From the NCBI GenBank assembly GCA_964359165.1, contig CAYHRV010000008.1, positions 1 through 23,257 of the forward strand: a stretch of DNA of 23,257 bases, given 5' to 3'. The position numbers were made by a program, and so were the translations under genes. The notes beneath the pieces are model-generated. The model saw only the letters and a program-made list of their open reading frames with translations. It was not told the origin of the DNA and ran no database searches. The stretch comes from an uncultured Elusimicrobia bacterium. GTDB lineage: Bacteria; Elusimicrobiota; Elusimicrobia; UBA1565. Shown here one piece after another: positions 12,001 through 18,000 of the stretch. Position 1 is the first letter of the stretch, and each line of letters opens with the position of its first letter.

Positions 12001-15000
12001 ACCCGCTCATCGTCCCTTCCACCGCCGTCTATCCTGCGGACGGCTCTTTCGTGCGGGCGAGCTCTCCGGTCTTCACCTGGTCCGAGCTCAACCCCATGAC
12101 CACGCATCAAGTCCAGGTCTCCAGCGTCCCCAGTTTCTCGAACCTGAGCGTGGATAAGCTCTTCAACACCCCCTCGTTCACCTCTCCGATGGCTCTCGCC
12201 CACGGCACGACCTATTACTGGCGCATCCGTTCCCAGAACGCGGCCGGGATCTATTCGGCCTATTCCGAGCCCATATCTTTCGCCATGGACCTGGCTCGTC
12301 CCAGCACCTCGGCGTTCCGCCATGTCAGCTCCAGCGGCGGGGCCCTGGGGGAGAGCCAGTTCAACGCCTTGGCCAGCGGCCTGACCGTGCAGATCGACAT
12401 CCAGGACGCCTTTTCGGGACTCGACGGCGGCCCCCTGCGCCTTCCCGTGGACCAGGCCGCGGCGCTCTATCCCTTCGACGAAGGACAGGGCAATTACGCC
12501 CTGCCCCTCTCCGGGGCCAATCGCCTGGGCTTCAGCGGGGCCTCCGCCTGGGCCCAGGGCCTCTACGGCAAAGCCGTCAAATTCGACGGGACGAACAGCC
12601 TCTATTCCAACTCCGCCGCGGACCTCCCCCTGGGCAACTCCGCGCGCACCCTCGAGGCCTGGGTATACCCCGAGGACTCCAACGGCGGCGGCATACTCCA
12701 ATACGGCAACCTCATGCGCCTGAGCATCAATGGGAGCTGTTCCGCGGGAACGGGCACGACGGGCAACGGAAAACTCTGCCTGGACGCCGCGGATTCCGGA
12801 GACTACACCTTCACCCCCAACCAATGGCACCATGTCGCCTTCACCTATGACGGCAACGGAAGCGGGGCTCTCTATGCCGACGGCGTCCATGTGGCCACGG
12901 TCACGCGCTCCTTCGCCACCCCGGCCGGGGATGTGTGGGTGGGGAGCGCGGCCGCCTGCGGGTCCTTCAACGGCCGCATAGACGAACTGCGCGTGCTCTC
13001 CAAGGGGCTCTCCGGGGCGGAACTGCGGGCGGACTACCTGCGGGCAGGCGCCTTCCGGGCGGAGGTCTCGACCACGGCGGGCCAGGCCTGGGAGGTGATC
13101 GCCGCCACGGCCCCCCATAACGGGCGCTACCTCGCTTTAAGCGGCGCTCCGGGAAGCGCGGCCGTGGAGACCATGAGCCTCTACCATCTCGACCTCCCCG
13201 AATCCACGACCACGCTCAAGGGCGCGAGCGGGACGAACCAGGTGAAGTTCGTCGTCTCGGACCGCGCGGGCAACGAGGTCACGGCCGGCCCCTATACCGT
13301 CTTAAAAGACACCACCGTGCTCCAGCCCTCGCTTTTCTGGATGGTGCCGCTCTCCACCCAGTCCATCTACCTGGTGGCCTCGGCCACGGATAATTTCAGC
13401 GGCATCAGGGACTTCCAGTTCGAGATTTCCTCCTCCGTGCTGTTCAACTCGTCGGTCTCCACCTCGCCCTGGGTGGAGAGCGCGACCTACACCTTCACCG
13501 GACTGCTCAACTCGACCACCTATTTCGCGCGGGTGCGCGCGCGCGACAACCTCCTCAACGTCTCGATCCCCTCGCGCCTGGACCAAGTGGGAGGATTCGC
13601 CATCCCGGCCGCCACCTCGACCTTCGGCTCCGTCTATTACGCCACGGCGCCGGCCGCGCCCGCAAGCGCTCTTCAGGACAGCTACGTGCCCATGGTGAAG
13701 TTCACCCTGCAGACGCCCCCGGGAGCGACCTCCAAGTTCTTCTATCTGCGCGTGCGCAAGACCGGCAACACCGCGGATTCCAGCATCGTGGAGGCGAGCG
13801 TCCATACGGACGGGAACTCCGATGGGGTGTTCCAATCCACGGCGGACGTGCGGCAGGCGGGGTCCCCGCTGGTCAATGGGACGGCGTTGATCAATCTCTC
13901 CGCGGAAGGGAGCACCCAGCAGCTCAACGACACGGCCAAGACCTTCTTCGTGGCGCTGCGCATGAGGTCCGACGCTCCCCCGGGGGAGACGGTCGGGCTC
14001 GACATCCTCCAGGCCTCGGATTTCGGCCTTCAGTTCCCATCCAGCCCGGAAGGCCCCTTCCCGACCTCGGCGGCGCCTATCCCCATCAGCGACGGAGTCA
14101 ACGACTTGACCATCGCCGGGGTCAGCCTCTCCCCCGTGGTGGCCCAGCCCAACGAGAAGAACATCAAGCTCCTGCGCCTGCAGGCCCAGACCAACAGCGG
14201 CACAAGCATCATCAACTCCATCGCCTTCCAGCTCAAGGGGACACTGCCCTCCACTCAACTCAAGAGCCTCACGGTCTGGAGGGATAAGGACGGGGACGGA
14301 GGCTTTGACCCGGCCGTCGACGAGGCGGTGTCCGACGGCAATGATTCCTTCGCAGGCGGAGTCTCCACCGTCGCCCTCACGGCGCAAGCCTCCTCGCGCA
14401 CGGTCAGCGTGACCCCGACGATCTTCTTCCTGAGCGCCGACATCCTGCCGACCGCGACCCTGGGCGACTGGTTCCAGGTGGAGTTCGCCACCGCGAACGT
14501 GGCGCTGCTCAACCCCCTCGACATCGTCAAATTCGCCGAGGCGGGGACGATCATCTCCAGCGCCTGCACGGTGCAGCAGAACAACATCGTGACGGTCTCG
14601 ACCACGGACGTCATGCCCGTCGCTTTCTTCCAAGGAGAATCCTATACCGTGCTCAAGCTCATGGCCCAGGTGGACATCGGTTTCGCGGTGGTCAACCGGT
14701 TCCAGATCAGCGCGGTGGGGACCGGGCAGGATTCCGACGTCACGACGGTGTCCGTCTGGAGGGATTTGACCGTCGACGGAGGACCGCTCAACAAGGTGAC
14801 CGACAAGCTCCTGGGATCGGCGCCCTTCGTCTCCGGGCTCGCTACCATGGACATCCCGGCCGAGCTCAACGAAGATTACAAGAAGCTCTTGGCGGGCACG
14901 ACCGCCGTGTTCTTCGTGACCTACGACATCGGCCCAGGCGCCAGCCCGGGCCGGAGCCTGGGAGCGAAGCTGACCAACGCGAGCTACCTCCGCATGGCCA

Positions 15001-18000
15001 CCCCCTTGAGCGCGGTAGTGAGCTCCTTCCCGGTGGTCACCGCCACGGCCCTCATCCAGGCGACGACGAACTTCCTGCAGATCCCCACGGTGGTGTCCCT
15101 GGCCCCCGGCGGGGTCGACCAGGGGGCCTCGGACATCCCCATGCTCCGCTTCGACCTGCTCTCCAACAAGAACAACTTCTCCTGGCAGGGCGTGGTCGTT
15201 GAGAAGACCGGCACGGCCCAGGACTCCGACGTGGGGGCGGTGAAGGTCTGGCTCGACAACGGCGACGGGGTCTTCTCGGTGGCGATGGATTCCGCCATTA
15301 CCAACGGCCTGGACACCTTCCTCTCCGGGCAGGCCAACGTCGCTCTCACTACGCCGCAGACCATCTCCAAGAGCACGCAGAGCTATTTCATCACCGTCGG
15401 CGTGAGCCCGAGCGCGGTCCCGGGCAGGACGATCGGATTGCAGGTGGCCACCTCGGCCAGCCTGGTCGTCAACTACCCCAACGAGGTCTCTACGATGACC
15501 GTCGCCTTCCCGCTGGAAGGCGGGCCGGCGCCCATCAACCAGTTCGCCAACACGGTCTCGGTGACCACCGCCAGCATAGTCCCCGTCCTGGGGGCCGAGC
15601 CGGGAACCCAGAACGTGGCGGTCATGTCCCTGGAGATGAAGACCAACGTGTCCAACGCCCGCTGGCTCATCCTGCCCATCAGCCAGATCGGCACGGCCCC
15701 GGACACGGACCTCGGCGACGTCAAGGTGTATTACGACGTGAGCAACATCGGGTCCTTCAACTCCGCCAACCTGAGCTCCTACGTGCTCATCACCTCCACG
15801 GGGCACCGGTTCGGACAGAACGGTCCCAAGTCGGTGCGCTTGGCCTTCGCCTCCCCGCCCACGCTCGGCCCGGCGACCCAGCGCTTCTTCGTCACGGTCG
15901 ATCTGAATTCCTCCGCCAAGCCCGAGAACACCGTGAAGCTGAGGACCAACGTCTCCGCGGGAGAGCCGGGGATCATCGAGTCGCCCAACACCCTGGCCAT
16001 CAGCTTCGAATCCTCGGCGTTGAACATCAATCCTCCCCCGACGCTCATGTACGTCCTGGCGGCCAGCTCCGCGCCCGCCTCGGTCAACCAGGGCGACTCC
16101 AACCTTCCCATCCTCACCCTCAGGGCGTGGATGGCGGCCTACACCGGACAATGGACGCAGTTGGCCGTGTCCCGCTGGGCGCCCGGCCTGGATTCGGACG
16201 TCTCCGGCGTAAAGCTCTTCTACGACAGCAACGACAACGGGGTCCTCGACGTCACCTCCGACCAGCGCCTGAGCACCGCCTCCTTCGTCGCGGGCACCGC
16301 GACGCTGGGTTTCTCCACCCAGACCATCCGGGTCGCGACGCAGACCTATTTCCTCACCTACGACATCTCCATCACGGCCGGCGGAGGCAACGGAGCGAGC
16401 GCCTCCCTGGGGGCGCCGGGGGTGTTCACCGTGGCCGCTCCGCACAGCGTCTCTTCGCTGGGCTTCCCGATACAATCGGCCTCCGCCACGGTGAAGGCCA
16501 CCCAGACGGGGCTCTTCGCCCTCGGGCAGGCCAAGGCCCCCGGCCAGCTCGTGCAGAGCGCCACCAACCAGGTCATGCTCACCCTGGAGCTCTATACGAC
16601 TCAGTACGCGCTGCTCTGGAGCGGCCTGTCCGTGCAAAGGACGGGCACGGCTTCGGATGCGGATATCACCGCGGTGCATGTCTGGACCGACGGCGGGACC
16701 TACGGCGTCATAGATCCGGAGGACAAGGACATCACCTCCGGCCTCAACTCCTTCCTGGCCGGGTCGGCCGGGGTGAGCCTCGTCAACGTCCAGACGATCG
16801 GCACCTCGCACGCGCGCTACCTGGTCACCGTGGACATCGCGCCCTTCGCCGACCCGGCCAAGACCTTCGGCCTCTCCGTCGCCGCCGCGTCCGCGTTCAC
16901 GCTCAATTCCCCCAATGTCGCAGTGGACCAGAATTTCCCGATGACCGTGGCGCCCGTTCCCCTGCGGAAGCTGCCCGAGAACCTCGTGGTGACGCCGCAG
17001 AACCTGATGCCCGGCGGGGTCAACCAGGGGCAGGAGTCGACGGCGGCCAAGCTCCTGGTGCGCGCCTCGCGGGATCGGGTGACCTGGACCCGGCTGAAGC
17101 TGGCGAAAGCGGGCAGCATCGAGGAGGCAAGCGTGCGCGAAGTCCGCATCGTCAAGGACCTGGATGGCTCGGGCGCTGTGAGCTCCGGCGACCTTATCGT
17201 AGGAAGCGGGACCTTCAGCTCCGGCGTGGCCGACATCGTCTTCTTCGCCGCCCAGACCGTCACCGCGTCTACGGCGACATACTTCATGACCATGGTCCTG
17301 GATTCCTCGGCCACGGTGGACGCCCTGGCGGGGTTCACCCTGGGCAATGAGACCTTCTTCTCCGTGGACGCTCCCGACGGGGCGGTCTTGAACGGCACCT
17401 CCTTCGCCACGACCTTGGGGAAGGTGCTCGATTCCAAGACCCCGCTCATGCCCGTGGTCACGCTCGATGGGGCCATGAGCAGCCAATTCGAATACCTGCA
17501 CTTCGTCTGGAATTCCACCGTGGCGTTCGGGAGCATGGACAAGGCATGGTACGCGGTGGGAACGGATTCCAGCACCGACGCGGGCAGGCAGAACGTGCTC
17601 GCCTACACCGCCATCCCGGTCACGGCCGTGGATTACAAAGGCATAGGGTTCCCCTTGAAGAGCGGCACCACTTATTATGTCTCGGTCAAGACGCAGTCCT
17701 CCTTCGGCTTCTTCAGCCCGGCGGGCATCTCCCCGGGTATGCTCATGGATTTCACCGTCCCTCCGGTCCCGGCGCCGGCGGTGACCGCCGGGCAGGCCGC
17801 GGTGCTCGTGAGCTGGGGGACCGTCGGCGGGGGCCCCACCGGGATCGCCGGCTACCTCGTCGAATACCGCAAGGGCGACAGCCCCATCTGGTACAACGCG
17901 AAGACCAAGAGCCGGAGCAGCGTCGCCTCCGTATCCTCGATGCGCGCGGATGTCCGCGTAGCCGAGGTCATCACCTCCACCGCCGAACTCGTCACAGGAG

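Larger units (their letters stand above)
7930..13610 (+). repeat. Four tandem composite units (~1.3-1.56 kb each)
   Basis: Each unit has, in order, a short SGVT.Q..VQDA.SGL module, a LamG (or propeller), an Ig-like module (YSTSAGN.W ... TNQV.F...D.AGN...GPF.V..D) and an FN3-like module ending in YYWRV. The recurring FN3 C-terminal strand motif sits at ~7843 (WYFHVKAFD), ~9231 (YYWRVRS), ~10653 (FYWRVMA), ~12209 (YYWRIRS) and ~13516 (TYFARVRARD). Unit boundaries carry F[FV][VTM]D...P[SV][AST]S at ~7915, ~9305, ~10720 and ~12280. Confidence 0.7.

Noticed and set aside
822-13118. Other long minus-strand ORFs (822-3047, 4089-5960, 6942-7856, 7484-8476, 8043-9383, 9456-11024, 11202-13118)
   Set aside because: All are nested antisense within the giant gene and translate to Arg/Gly/Val/His-rich low-complexity sequence. 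None has start or RBS context or domain motifs.
422-17350. Off-frame plus-strand ORFs (e.g. 422-1828, 3896-4582, 5774-6514, 11080-12099, 16127-17350)
   Set aside because: These are alternative frames of the giant gene. Their translations are Arg/Gly/Pro-rich repeats that mirror the underlying FG-GAP codon repeats, so they are not independent genes.
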